Below are positions 8,384-18,731 of a DNA stretch of 64,000 nucleotides, one piece after another. The notes under the pieces were generated by a model, which saw only the letters and a list, made by a program, of their open reading frames with translations, had not been told where the DNA came from and ran no database searches. The stretch lies in the IMG/VR virus record IMGVR_UViG_3300046507_000773, positions 124,001 to 188,000 of that record; one strand, written 5' to 3'. The first letter of the stretch is position 1. Each line of letters opens with the position of its first letter. Position numbers and translations under genes: made by a program.

Positions 8384-10470
8384 TGCGGGAGGTCCTCGTT
8401 ACGGAAGGATTCGACGCTGATGGTACCGACCGTGTGCATGGTGTTCGTGTAGACGCCAATCGGCAGCGTCCAGCTGTAACCACGCTTCTGGTCACCACCG
8501 GTGACGTAAGCCTTCGGGATGATGGTGGCACGACCGTCGAAACGACCTTCGGTCAGTTCGATGACGCGTTTGTTGATGGCATCGCACAGCTGGCCAGGGG
8601 TCAGCTTGCTGTTGCCCGAGAATTCCTTGCGGACCCGGTCAGCCACCTTCTGCACTTGCACGCAGATCAGCATGGTGAAGATGCTGGTCAGCACGGACGT
8701 GTCATTACCGTAGACAGTTTTGAACGCCGGGAAGTACACGCTCTTGCGCTGGAACGACTCGACCCAGTTCAGGCCGTTTGCCCAGTCCTTGTTACGGACC
8801 GAAGCCGGCGTGAAGGTCACGTTGATGTCCGTGAACATCGACACTTGAGCCAGATCGCCCGACGAGAAGTCGTTGGCCGATTTCCAGATGCCGTTGCCTG
8901 CGCCCATGTAAGCCGCAGCTTTGGCCGCGAATTCATGGATCAGCGGCAGCTGACCTTTCCACTGGCTGTTCAGCAACTTGCCGTGACGACCGAAGATCGC
9001 GCAGCGAGTCACCTCGGTACCGAAGAACTCGGATTCCGGGTAGTTCTTTGCACGGGTGCGCAGGGCGATTGCCAGAGCCGATTCCTCGGAGGCAGTCAGC
9101 TTGCGTGCACCAGCTTCGTAGGTCGCCAGGAACACAGCGGTGTCCTTGCGGTAGCCGATGAAGTTCAGCAGGTCGTACTTGGTCGCGAGCGGGTAGCCCG
9201 AGTCCAGCAGAACCGATTCCGGGTACAGCGCCATGTCGACGAATTCGTCGGACGGGTCGTTGTAACGCTTGGCCATGTTCGACACCAGTTCAGCGAACTT
9301 GGCATCGGTCAGGGTGCCATCGCCGCCGCCGAGGGCGTAGATGGTCGACGAGTCGTTCAGGGCCACGCTGTTGGCGGTACCGGTCACGATCACGTAGGTG
9401 TTGTACGGCGTACCTGCGGAGGTCTGGCCACCGATCAGGTTGAAGCGGTACAGGTCGCTGTCGTCGCCCTTGAAGTCCGAGTTCTCGTCGTTGACGGCAG
9501 CTTCTGCTGCTTGGAACTGGGCCAGCAGGGTGTCGATGTTGTCCTGGTAGACGTGCATACGACCGAACGGGCCGTAGGTGTCCGGATACACCGGGTCGTT
9601 CAGCTTCTGGTAAGCGTCGATGAACTTGTCGCCCACGTACATTTCGGTTTCAACAGCCGAGTTGAACGCGCCCGGTTTCAGGGCCACGTCGATGTACTGC
9701 TCGCCGTCCACGGTGTTCACGAGCGTACCGGTGCTGTTCGCATCGTTACGGGTGAAGCAGGCCATGCGGAACGGGTAGAAACCGTCAGCGCCGAGGACGC
9801 GATCGTCCACCGGGTTGCTCGAACGCAGGGTCGGTGCCCAGATGCGCACGCCCATGTTGCGGCCGTGTTCGCCCTGGTGCGGCACTTCCTGGTCGAACAG
9901 CGGAATACGCTGCGACTGGGTTTCGCTGCTGCCGTCGGTCTGGTCACCGGCCTTGATATCGGCCAGGCCGAAGGTGTCGGTACCGTCTTCGCCGACTTCG
10001 ACTTCTTCGACGACGAACTTCACCTGGTAACCGCCTGCCTTACCAGCGGCCGGAACTGGGTTACCGCTGACGTCGGTCTTGATCGAGCCGTCGGGGTTCT
10101 TGACGTACTGCTGGATTTGCGTCGGGAGGACGTCCAGCGAGAAGCGCAGCGTAGCAGGCTTCGGTGCATCGTCGGGTACCATGCGCTGGCCCATGACCAG
10201 GGCGCCGGCGCCGACGACGTTGCCCAGCATCACGGTGGCGTGGTTCGCCCACTTCTTGCGAAGGTCCGTGGTGTCGGGGTGATACATTTGCGAAAGGCCA
10301 TTACCGCCGACCAACTGGGGAATCGTCGGTCCCCACTTGGCAAAGAACGGAATCTTGGCCAGGAAGGTAGGTAAGGCTTCCGCTTCGATATCGAGGGCTC
10401 GCGTGCTCTGGTCGTTGATACCGAGCATGATCGACATCGGAGCGGCATTGACAATCTTATCGGTCGTCAT
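8380..10470 (-). CDS. Tail sheath protein (phiKZ gp29-like)
   Basis: 696 aa. N-terminal INDQSTR/PxxLxKIPFFAKWGP and C-terminal sheath-like region; divergent from the gp28-27-26-terminase operon as in phiKZ. Confidence 0.85.
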   Translation of the reverse strand: MTTDKIVNAAPMSIMLGINDQSTRALDIEAEALPTFLAKIPFFAKWGPTIPQLVGGNGLSQMYHPDTTDLRKKWANHATVMLGNVVGAGALVMGQRMVPDDAPKPATLRFSLDVLPTQIQQYVKNPDGSIKTDVSGNPVPAAGKAGGYQVKFVVEEVEVGEDGTDTFGLADIKAGDQTDGSSETQSQRIPLFDQEVPHQGEHGRNMGVRIWAPTLRSSNPVDDRVLGADGFYPFRMACFTRNDANSTGTLVNTVDGEQYIDVALKPGAFNSAVETEMYVGDKFIDAYQKLNDPVYPDTYGPFGRMHVYQDNIDTLLAQFQAAEAAVNDENSDFKGDDSDLYRFNLIGGQTSAGTPYNTYVIVTGTANSVALNDSSTIYALGGGDGTLTDAKFAELVSNMAKRYNDPSDEFVDMALYPESVLLDSGYPLATKYDLLNFIGYRKDTAVFLATYEAGARKLTASEESALAIALRTRAKNYPESEFFGTEVTRCAIFGRHGKLLNSQWKGQLPLIHEFAAKAAAYMGAGNGIWKSANDFSSGDLAQVSMFTDINVTFTPASVRNKDWANGLNWVESFQRKSVYFPAFKTVYGNDTSVLTSIFTMLICVQVQKVADRVRKEFSGNSKLTPGQLCDAINKRVIELTEGRFDGRATIIPKAYVTGGDQKRGYSWTLPIGVYTNTMHTVGTISVESFRNEDLPQ

Positions 10471-10684
10471 GTCTTTGTCCTGTCACTGTGATAAATGGTA
10501 TGGTTTCTGAGGCGATGCCGTGCATCATACTAATTAAAAAATTACTGCGAGTCTAATACACCGCACGAAATCTCGTCGGTTAAGAAAATATGGGCTAGCC
10601 AGTATTTTATTTAACATAGAATGACAGGTAACGTTTCCCACGTTTCTCACATTACGCTGATCGTCGTATCAATAGGACACGAAC

Positions 10685-11617
10685 ATGACTACTTACAATT
10701 CCGCATACGAGACGACTGCTACGCAGGGTTTCGTCATGCAAAAAATCATGACGGCTCTGAAAGAGGCACTGTACTCGAGCGAAGTTCGTCAAGTGGAAGG
10801 CTGGCCCATCTTCATGGTTGAAGGCTGCGGTCGCTACGGTGAAGCTGTGCCGTCGTTCGCTCATCCGCTCGCTTTCCCCTACAAGGGCTATGGCGATGAG
10901 AAGGAAGAACAATACATCGCTGTCGACATGCGCGCTTTCGGCCGCTTCGACCAGCGTGAAAACGAGTTCGTCGTGGGTCCCAACAAGGTCCAGTACAACC
11001 TGGCCCTGACCCGCGCAAAGCTGACCTCGGTCTGGATCAATCGCGACAAAGAAATCCTGCGTGATGTCTCGCAAATGCCGATGGCAGTGTACTCGGCATG
11101 GATCTCGGAAAACATCGCGCGCCGCTACGCTCTGGACCCGCAAGAACAGTTCACCCTGGCGATCCTCGCTGGCGTGTTCTACTACTCGCTGTTCCACGAC
11201 GAGCCAGAACTCGACGAGCGCAACCAGATGCGCGTCGTGAATGCGATCGCTCGTGGCCTGCGTTGCCAAACGGCTGACGTCATGAAAGTGACGGATCAGG
11301 TCTCGGTCATTCCGAACATGACTGCGTTCTGCGAAAAGGCTGCCGAGATCGCATCGCCCATCCGTCTGGATAAACTGTCCGCCGGTGTGCTCATCACCCT
11401 GCTGGGCTTTACCTGGTACGGCACCAACGACAAAGAAATGCTGGCCGTGGCCATCGAGCATCCGCCGACCTGGATCGCCATGCTGATGGGTGCCGCTTCC
11501 GAGCGTTACTACCACAACACGCAGCTGGCCAAGCTGGTGGAGCGCTTCAGCAAAAACGACATCGGCAAGAACTTCATGCATTCCGTCCTCAAAATGCTGG
11601 ACGTCGTCAACCGATAA
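10685..11617 (+). CDS. Conserved virion-associated protein (phiKZ gp28-like)
   Basis: 310 aa with AGGA RBS; lies between the sheath and the large virion gene. Confidence 0.65.
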   Translation: MTTYNSAYETTATQGFVMQKIMTALKEALYSSEVRQVEGWPIFMVEGCGRYGEAVPSFAHPLAFPYKGYGDEKEEQYIAVDMRAFGRFDQRENEFVVGPNKVQYNLALTRAKLTSVWINRDKEILRDVSQMPMAVYSAWISENIARRYALDPQEQFTLAILAGVFYYSLFHDEPELDERNQMRVVNAIARGLRCQTADVMKVTDQVSVIPNMTAFCEKAAEIASPIRLDKLSAGVLITLLGFTWYGTNDKEMLAVAIEHPPTWIAMLMGAASERYYHNTQLAKLVERFSKNDIGKNFMHSVLKMLDVVNR

Positions 11618-11686
11618 CCTCTTTCGCCATATCGCCTCTCGATTTACTTCGGGGGCGGTATGGCTTTTTTTCTCACAAGGAAAGCC

Positions 11687-14251
11687 ATGTTTGACTACAT
11701 TGCGGACTACGCGCTGAAAAACGTGTGGTGTACGCCAGGTCAAGACAAGGAAGCAGTGTTAAAGCTGCCCCGTGTCTCTCCCAAGACGGGAATCTGGAAT
11801 CGCATCGAAGTGATGCGAGTCGTCTACACGCTGCCTGAGCAAGGTGTGCGCTTTCACGTTTTCCAAGTCGGCCAATTGAATCCCCTCATCCTTGGCTTGA
11901 CGGCCATCGATAAGAAGTGGGTGTCGTTTGCTGACGCGTGCAACAACGAATCGCTCGTGGCATACCTCTACTCGGCAAAGGGCTATCGCTTCCCATTGTC
12001 GCAAGCCTGGTATTACGTCACGGCGGACAAGAACGTTTTGGTCGCCATCAAAGACCAAGCGAAGATTGGTTCGAACCTGGGTCTGGAAGACTTCTTCATC
12101 CGGGTCTATTCGAACGCCTACTTCAACACCGACCGCGCTGACACGGCGTACGACTACATCAAGGTCAAGGGTGCCACGGTGAAAGACACCGCGTCCATCC
12201 TGGCTTTGCAAAACGAGTACAACAAGCTTGCGTTGCAACCGGGCTTGGTCACGGCCTGGGTCAATGGCTACCAAGTGTCGGGGATCGACCTCTTTACTGC
12301 GGCTCCGGGTGACGTCGTCGAATACATGTTCGATGGCTCGATTTACCGCACGCTCGATTTTGCGGTGTCCGATCTGTCGGCGTACACGAGCACCTTGGAT
12401 GGCAAGAAGAAGTTCCTCTTGCACTCCTTGATCGGTTCGGACACGATTGACTTCGTGGACGACATCGACGTGATCCTCTACAAGCCCGGCATGAATGGTC
12501 GCTTTAAAGGCGTGTACTTCCACCAGAACCAGGAAGACGCACTTCGCATGGTCACGCACTGCGATTACGGTATCGCTGTGCCTTACCTCGAAGCCATCGC
12601 GGGAGCACAACCAGGCTGGGACAACGTGATGGATCTGCGCATCCGTTTGCACGTCCGTAAAGCAGGCTGGAAGCGTTCGCTGGTCTACGAGGCTAGTCGG
12701 ATCAAAGAGCTCTACAAAATGGCGCCTAGCGACGTTCTGAAGGCAATGACGGGTGTTGACTCAACCGTCTCGCCGTGGCGTGCTGAAAAGCTGGAAGCTA
12801 CCGGTTACTGCGAAGTCATGCGCTTCAAGGGAACCGATCTTCCGCCCGAACTCGTGCAGAACTGCTTTGGCTACAATGCGCTTTCGAAATTCATCGGTGA
12901 CACGCCGATGGTGCCGCGCTTTGAGTCTTCGCAAAAAGTCGTGGACATGCCAATCGGTGTTCAATCGCTTGCAGCAGCGTACGAGTACGACCAAGACGGT
13001 CTGCTCATTAACTGGTACCAGCACATCGCAGGTACGACGTATGGCGTGCGTAACAGCAACGCTTCGCTCGTGGAAGTCATCAGCGGCGTTCCGAGCCGTC
13101 GTCTGGACGAAGTCTATGGCCAGTCCTCTGCTGCACTTGACCCGGCAACGGACTATCGCTTCTACATCTGCAACATCGTCTCCGGTGTTCCAGATAACCA
13201 CTGGGTGGATGTGACTGGCACGGACAAGTACACGGTGCTTAACGGCGCCATGATTTGGAACGTGGACCTGACTCGCGTCTATACGCTCGTTCGTGGCAAC
13301 CGCAACTTCCTCGCCTACACGCTCAACCTGAAAGCCGACCGCGGCTTCTTGAAGTTCAGTTTGACGACTGAACAGATGCGTGACGGCAAAGTGCAGGACT
13401 GGGTGATGCAAGTGCCGATGGGCGAGCTGGACCTGTTCCTCAACGACCATCCCATCATCGAAGGTTTGGACTACATCGTCAAGTTCCCGGAGATCACCAT
13501 CCTCAACAAGAAGTACATGGATGATCCCCTGAACAAGGAACAAAAGATCGACATTCGCTTTACGGGTTTTTGCAAGAGCGATATGTCGCGGGAAAAACTG
13601 GTGGACCAAGGTTTCATTCAACATGGCCTCTTGTCCAACAACAACCGGTTTGACCTGCGTGACGACAAGGTGCAGCGCATCATCGTTGACGGTCAGCTCT
13701 ACGCTCGAGACGAACTCAAGTTCGCTGAAACCAATAGCGGCGTCATTGTGCCGGATGCGAAGAACGGATTACCTTACCTGATCCGTGACATCGTAGTGCC
13801 GATGCGTGGCCTCGTGAAAGGTTCGACCTACGAACTACGTAGCCAAGCCCAAGTGGTGGACAAAGCAGTAGCGGATTACCTGAGCACGAAACTGCCAGGA
13901 CCGGTCTTTACCACGCCGAACGCGATCGAGTCACTCTATCCGATTTACAGCCCCTTCTTTGCGAACATCCTGTTCGATTTGAAGAGCGGTGCGATCGACA
14001 ATAGCTTGATCCAGCAACACTACAGCTCAGCTGATGTGATGGCTCTTTGCAAGAACTATGAGAGCCTCTTGCCATTCGATCCAACGCAGCAAGGGCAAGA
14101 ACCGGATGCCGACTACGTTGTGGTCCATCCTCACCCACTGCCAGGACCAATCGAAGTCGACCTGTATCAATATCGCTTCCTGGCCTCAGTCATCAAGCTT
14201 TACATGCGTAGCCTGTTGTCGATGGGCTCGCTCGTAACCATCAGTTCGTAA
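11687..14251 (+). CDS. Large virion structural protein (phiKZ gp27-like, probably baseplate)
   Basis: About 854 aa, starting YALKNVWCTPGQD; synteny with sheath and terminase. Confidence 0.7.
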   Translation: MFDYIADYALKNVWCTPGQDKEAVLKLPRVSPKTGIWNRIEVMRVVYTLPEQGVRFHVFQVGQLNPLILGLTAIDKKWVSFADACNNESLVAYLYSAKGYRFPLSQAWYYVTADKNVLVAIKDQAKIGSNLGLEDFFIRVYSNAYFNTDRADTAYDYIKVKGATVKDTASILALQNEYNKLALQPGLVTAWVNGYQVSGIDLFTAAPGDVVEYMFDGSIYRTLDFAVSDLSAYTSTLDGKKKFLLHSLIGSDTIDFVDDIDVILYKPGMNGRFKGVYFHQNQEDALRMVTHCDYGIAVPYLEAIAGAQPGWDNVMDLRIRLHVRKAGWKRSLVYEASRIKELYKMAPSDVLKAMTGVDSTVSPWRAEKLEATGYCEVMRFKGTDLPPELVQNCFGYNALSKFIGDTPMVPRFESSQKVVDMPIGVQSLAAAYEYDQDGLLINWYQHIAGTTYGVRNSNASLVEVISGVPSRRLDEVYGQSSAALDPATDYRFYICNIVSGVPDNHWVDVTGTDKYTVLNGAMIWNVDLTRVYTLVRGNRNFLAYTLNLKADRGFLKFSLTTEQMRDGKVQDWVMQVPMGELDLFLNDHPIIEGLDYIVKFPEITILNKKYMDDPLNKEQKIDIRFTGFCKSDMSREKLVDQGFIQHGLLSNNNRFDLRDDKVQRIIVDGQLYARDELKFAETNSGVIVPDAKNGLPYLIRDIVVPMRGLVKGSTYELRSQAQVVDKAVADYLSTKLPGPVFTTPNAIESLYPIYSPFFANILFDLKSGAIDNSLIQQHYSSADVMALCKNYESLLPFDPTQQGQEPDADYVVVHPHPLPGPIEVDLYQYRFLASVIKLYMRSLLSMGSLVTISS

Positions 14252-14264
14252 TTGGAGAACCTCT

Positions 14265-15944
14265 ATGTCAACAATTAGCACCGCTGGTCTTGCCACCAGC
14301 GACGGCTTGACGGTGATCTACGCGCCCAATGAGCCGTGGCGTCCGTGGGCCATGAAAGACGTCTATCGTGGCGATGGCTGGCCGGGTCGTTACGTCCCGA
14401 AAGTCGGCGACTGGATCTACGACACCGATGCCAACGTCAAGTACAAATCGATCGGTCTGGACTTGACCACCATGCTGACCACGTTCCAGGAAGTCAAAGA
14501 GACGACCCAGATCGGCATGTCGGATGAAGACATCATCCTGGGCGTGGGTCCTGGTTCGTCGGAAGACACCTGGCGCTGCTACCTGGACAAGTCCGTGATG
14601 CCGTTCCTGCTGGCCACTGACCAGCGTTACGAAGTCAAGGGCGTCTCGGCTGTCAAGGCCAAGATCTTCCGTGGCACGGCACTGGACAATGATCAGAAGG
14701 TCGTCTCGGCCTTCTTTGATCCGTCGGGCAAACTCCTGGGTGAAGACATTCCCCTGGAGCTCGTGCAAGAAGCAGGGAACATTTCGCGTAAGCAAATCCC
14801 GCCCTGCTACACGACTGAAGACATGCCGGACAACGAGCCCGTCACGGTTGCCGTCTACGGCGTCGCTGGCAACTTGCTCTCGAAACGCGTCATGCTGATC
14901 GAGAACACTGGCTTCGTGCGTACGCCTGGCAATGCCAAGAAGTACGTGACCGAGATCCGTCTGAAGTCGCCGTGGATGAGCAAGAGCAATCCGATGCAAC
15001 TGGACTACCCGCTCAATCTGCTGGCCCAAGGTCTGCAGCTGATGTGTCAGGTCGTCTATTCGGATGGCAGCTCGATCGATGTTCCAGTCGACGGCACGAA
15101 AGCTTCGGTCCATGGTCTGGAATCCTACGTGGCGACCATCGTCGGTCAACAAGTGGGCTTGGTCCTGACGTACAACCTGGCTGCCGATGAAGTGGCGTAC
15201 GACGTCGACGGCGTGGGTGAACTCAAGCACAAGTCGGCGATGTACACGGCCCTGACCAAGCCGATCGATGGCGCCTACTCGGTCAAGCTCTTCGGCTTCC
15301 CGGTCTGGGTGGATGGTTCGCACGGCTACCGGATGGAATGGTACCTGTACAACCTGGATCGTCAACAGGTGTTCAAAGTGACCCCGTACGTGAAGTACAA
15401 TGCGAACGTGGCCGCTTTCGATCCGCTGGCTTTCGGCGTGAAGCAAACGCTGTCGGTCTCGGTCAACCTGAAAGACGTCTCCGGCGCGTTCAACGCCTGG
15501 GTGCACACGCAAACCATCGACGTGGCGCTCATGGCGGCAGGTACTGCTCGTACGACCAACTGGACCATTGCATTCGACCCGATGCAAGATCCGCCGTACG
15601 GCAAGAACAATGCAGCGAAAACCACCTTCGTCAATTCCAACCAGTACAAGGTCCGGATCGATCAAGGTGAGCAAACGCAAGCTGCATGGCTCACCCGCCT
15701 GTTCCGCCTCACCAAGCCGCTCTACGATTCGAGCCGTGAAGTGCAAGCACCTGATCCGACCCACTTCGCTCTCGTCATCGGCGACAACGAAGTGCAGTTC
15801 CCGATCAGCGCCTGGTCGTCCGAGATGACCGTCAACTACCCGCTGAACAACAACGCGACCCTGTTCGTGAAGTTCTTCAAGCGTACGGCAGACAACGATA
15901 TCCAATTGGCTGTCGCAGGTCTGCCAATTTATCAGCAGAACTGA
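14265..15944 (+). CDS. Virion structural protein (phiKZ gp26-like)
   Basis: 559 aa, beta-rich, GGAG RBS, immediately upstream of the terminase. Confidence 0.7.
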   Translation: MSTISTAGLATSDGLTVIYAPNEPWRPWAMKDVYRGDGWPGRYVPKVGDWIYDTDANVKYKSIGLDLTTMLTTFQEVKETTQIGMSDEDIILGVGPGSSEDTWRCYLDKSVMPFLLATDQRYEVKGVSAVKAKIFRGTALDNDQKVVSAFFDPSGKLLGEDIPLELVQEAGNISRKQIPPCYTTEDMPDNEPVTVAVYGVAGNLLSKRVMLIENTGFVRTPGNAKKYVTEIRLKSPWMSKSNPMQLDYPLNLLAQGLQLMCQVVYSDGSSIDVPVDGTKASVHGLESYVATIVGQQVGLVLTYNLAADEVAYDVDGVGELKHKSAMYTALTKPIDGAYSVKLFGFPVWVDGSHGYRMEWYLYNLDRQQVFKVTPYVKYNANVAAFDPLAFGVKQTLSVSVNLKDVSGAFNAWVHTQTIDVALMAAGTARTTNWTIAFDPMQDPPYGKNNAAKTTFVNSNQYKVRIDQGEQTQAAWLTRLFRLTKPLYDSSREVQAPDPTHFALVIGDNEVQFPISAWSSEMTVNYPLNNNATLFVKFFKRTADNDIQLAVAGLPIYQQN

Positions 15945-16009
15945 TGAGTACCGCCGGCTCACCTTCCGAAGTATTGGAGGGTGGGTCGGCAGTATGAAAG
16001 GATTTAACA

Positions 16010-18271
16010 ATGATTCTTTTTGCCGAAGACTGGAAGCTTTACCCAACAGCATTTCCGGACATGCAGACGAAGAACCGCTCCTTCGTTCGTCTTGCACAAG
16101 TGTACAAGGCAATGGGTGTCAAGAACCACATGTTCATTTTGGCTCTTGTCAATCCTGCGCTACAAGGAGTCGATCCGTTTGATTTGGAAAATCTGACGGA
16201 AGAACAAAAGGTGGCGATCGGTGTGGAGTGCAGCATTAACCCGTGGTACTTCTTCCGCGAAGTGGCCAGGGCACCAGCTGAATCCGGTAGTGCTTCGGTG
16301 CCGCTCCAAGCGAACCGCGGTAACATCGCGCTTTTCTGGACGTTCTTTAACCACATCCTGATCTTCCTGATTCAGATTCGCCAAACCGGTAAATCGTTCA
16401 GTACAGATACCTTGATGACGTTGCTGCTGAACTTCATCTGTCGCGATACCAAGATCAACCTTCTCACGAAGGACGACGATCTGAGGCGTAAGAACATTCA
16501 GCGATTGAAAGACATTGCTGAAGAACTCCCCTTGTACCTGCAACAAAAGACAAGGGCTGACGCGAACAACGGTGAAGAGATTTCGATTAAGAGTCTTGGT
16601 AACTGGTACAACACGCACGTGCCGCAAGAATCGGAAAAACGTGCACTGCTGATGGGTCGTGGTCTGACTTCGGCAATCTTCCACATTGACGAGGCCCCGT
16701 TCCAAAAGAACATCCGCATCGCATTGAAAGCAGCACTGCCTGCAGCCGGTGCAGCGCGTGATTCGGCTCGTGCAGCCGGTTCGCCTTACGGTACCATCAT
16801 TACGACCACGGCTGGTAAGATCGACGACAAGGATGGCTCGTACATCTACAACTTGATCATGGCAGCAGCGGTCTGGGATGAGAAATTCCTGGATGCCAAG
16901 AACCTGGCAGACTTGGAACTCATGGTTCGTGCCAATTCGCGTGGTGGTAAGCTCTACATCAACGCCACGTTCAACCATCGTCAACTGGGTAAGTCGGACG
17001 ACTGGCTGGCTCAACGTCTTGAAGATGCACTGCAAGACGACGATAGCGACGGACAAGATACGAACCGAGACTTCTTCAACATGTGGACGTCTGGTAGTCT
17101 TTTGAACCCACTTGACCCGAAGGTACTGGAAGCCATCGGTAAGAGCGCTATGGGCCCTCTGTACACGTCTATCAGCCGTCCTATGGCCTACCTGACTCGC
17201 TGGTACATTCCGGAGCATGAGATCGGTCCTCGTCTGGCCCGTAGTAAGTTCGTTCTGGGCTTTGACGGTAGTAACGGCTCCGGTGGTGACGATCTGACCC
17301 TCGTGCTTCAAGACCTGGAAAGCCTGGAAGTTATTGCGGCAGGTTCGTACAACGAACTAAACCTGATTCACTTCTCGAAGTGGATTGCCGAGATGCTGAT
17401 CAACATGCCCAACGTCACGTTCAATCCAGAGAACAAATCGTCGGGTACGTACATCATCGACTACTTGCTCGTGGAATTGGTGGCTGCTGGTATTGACCCG
17501 TTCAAGCGGATCTTCAATACCGTGGTCGACGAATGGCAAGAAAAGCCTGACCGGTTTGCGGAAATCAACATGCCGATGAACCGCCGGGAAAAGAACATCT
17601 ACGAGAAGTACAAATCCTCGTTTGGCTTTACCACGGCAGCAACGGGTAAATTCAGTCGTGGCGACTTGTATTCCATCATCTTGCAGCGCGCTGCTCGGGA
17701 TGGCAAGCACGTGGTTCGTGATAAGCAGTTGACCGGGCAGATCTTGGCGCTGGTTAATCGCAATGGCCGTATTGACCACCCGATCGGTGGACACGACGAC
17801 ATGGTGGTTGCATGGCTCCTGTGCAACTGGTTTGCGATGATGGCCAAGAACATGAGCTTCTACGGCATCGATAGCCGTCAGGTGATGCGTTTGGTTGTGA
17901 AGGAAACCTTTGGTCGTCAGCTGGACCAGTTCGAGCAACTCGAACAGCAAAAGCTGCGCGAGCGGATGGATGAACTCACTGCTGAACTGTCGGACGAAAA
18001 GGATGATGCGGTCTCGTTAAAGCTTGAGCGCGAGATGCGCATGATCGAGCGTAAGCTCGTCATGGACAAAGGGGAAGTGTTGAACGTTGACGAACTGATC
18101 CGCCAGGCTCAGGAGAAGAAGCGTGGCAACAAACCTTGGAACCGTGGCGTAACTCCAGCAGCAGCCTATGGTGCATCGCTCTTTAGGCAGCCCCAGGTCA
18201 ACATGAACAACCTCACACATGGGGTCATGAGTGATCGGGTTCTGTCCTTGAAAGAGATCATGGGAAGGTAA
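16010..18271 (+). CDS. terL: Terminase large subunit
   Basis: Walker A IRQTGKS, Walker B FHIDE, RNase H-like LGFDGS and GGHDDMV nuclease motifs. Confidence 0.92.
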   Translation: MILFAEDWKLYPTAFPDMQTKNRSFVRLAQVYKAMGVKNHMFILALVNPALQGVDPFDLENLTEEQKVAIGVECSINPWYFFREVARAPAESGSASVPLQANRGNIALFWTFFNHILIFLIQIRQTGKSFSTDTLMTLLLNFICRDTKINLLTKDDDLRRKNIQRLKDIAEELPLYLQQKTRADANNGEEISIKSLGNWYNTHVPQESEKRALLMGRGLTSAIFHIDEAPFQKNIRIALKAALPAAGAARDSARAAGSPYGTIITTTAGKIDDKDGSYIYNLIMAAAVWDEKFLDAKNLADLELMVRANSRGGKLYINATFNHRQLGKSDDWLAQRLEDALQDDDSDGQDTNRDFFNMWTSGSLLNPLDPKVLEAIGKSAMGPLYTSISRPMAYLTRWYIPEHEIGPRLARSKFVLGFDGSNGSGGDDLTLVLQDLESLEVIAAGSYNELNLIHFSKWIAEMLINMPNVTFNPENKSSGTYIIDYLLVELVAAGIDPFKRIFNTVVDEWQEKPDRFAEINMPMNRREKNIYEKYKSSFGFTTAATGKFSRGDLYSIILQRAARDGKHVVRDKQLTGQILALVNRNGRIDHPIGGHDDMVVAWLLCNWFAMMAKNMSFYGIDSRQVMRLVVKETFGRQLDQFEQLEQQKLRERMDELTAELSDEKDDAVSLKLEREMRMIERKLVMDKGEVLNVDELIRQAQEKKRGNKPWNRGVTPAAAYGASLFRQPQVNMNNLTHGVMSDRVLSLKEIMGR

Positions 18272-18312
18272 GCAGCATAATGGCCCCTCCTTTTGGGAGG
18301 GGCTTTATGCCG
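18272..18312. terminator. Bidirectional hairpin with GCAGCATAA / TTTATGCCG arms
   Basis: Near-identical to the element at 248-288; lies between convergent genes. Confidence 0.75.
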
Positions 18313-18709
18313 GAGTAATGGGCATCGAGTCTAGCCTACTGGCGAGGAGATCCAGGTAGGCTAAGATGGCTGCGTCCTTCTGTCCTTCATCATCAACGAA
18401 AGGCGATAGCTGACAAGGAATGTCGACGTCCAGTTCGCAAGCTTCTTTGAGCCTATCAGGAGCGTCATTGGTGACCACGGAGAAGACACGATAGACCACC
18501 ATGCTTTTGTCGCGGACGAACCAATTATCGTACTTACGTTTGTACTGCTTCTTCTGGCAGTAGATTCTAACTTCATAGCCAGACACAGCAAATCCCACAA
18601 GATGACCCAAGGCATTCTTCGGTAGCTTAACCTCGTGCAGTGTTTTCTTCCCTTTGAGTTTCTCCAGGAAGAGGAACACTACACTTAGCATGCGCTTGAG
18701 TGATTGCAT
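18305..18709 (-). CDS. Hypothetical protein (134 aa)
   Basis: AAGGGA RBS on the minus strand; follows 18732..20015. Confidence 0.6.
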   Translation of the reverse strand: MQSLKRMLSVVFLFLEKLKGKKTLHEVKLPKNALGHLVGFAVSGYEVRIYCQKKQYKRKYDNWFVRDKSMVVYRVFSVVTNDAPDRLKEACELDVDIPCQLSPFVDDEGQKDAAILAYLDLLASRLDSMPITPA

Positions 18710-18731
18710 GGTGGTATCCCTTAGGGATGGA

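Noticed and set aside
8317-10374. Long antisense ORFs opposite the sheath, gp26, chimallin, polymerase, gp32 and gp77 genes (also 14268..16112, 18654..20699, 32697..34841, 37354..39411, 58682..60844)
   Set aside because: The same codon-bias artefact; the sense frames carry the recognisable proteins.
8380-10470. Major capsid protein identity for the 696-aa gene
   Set aside because: Size, motifs and the adjacent 287-aa tube gene fit a tail sheath; no HK97-type features were seen.
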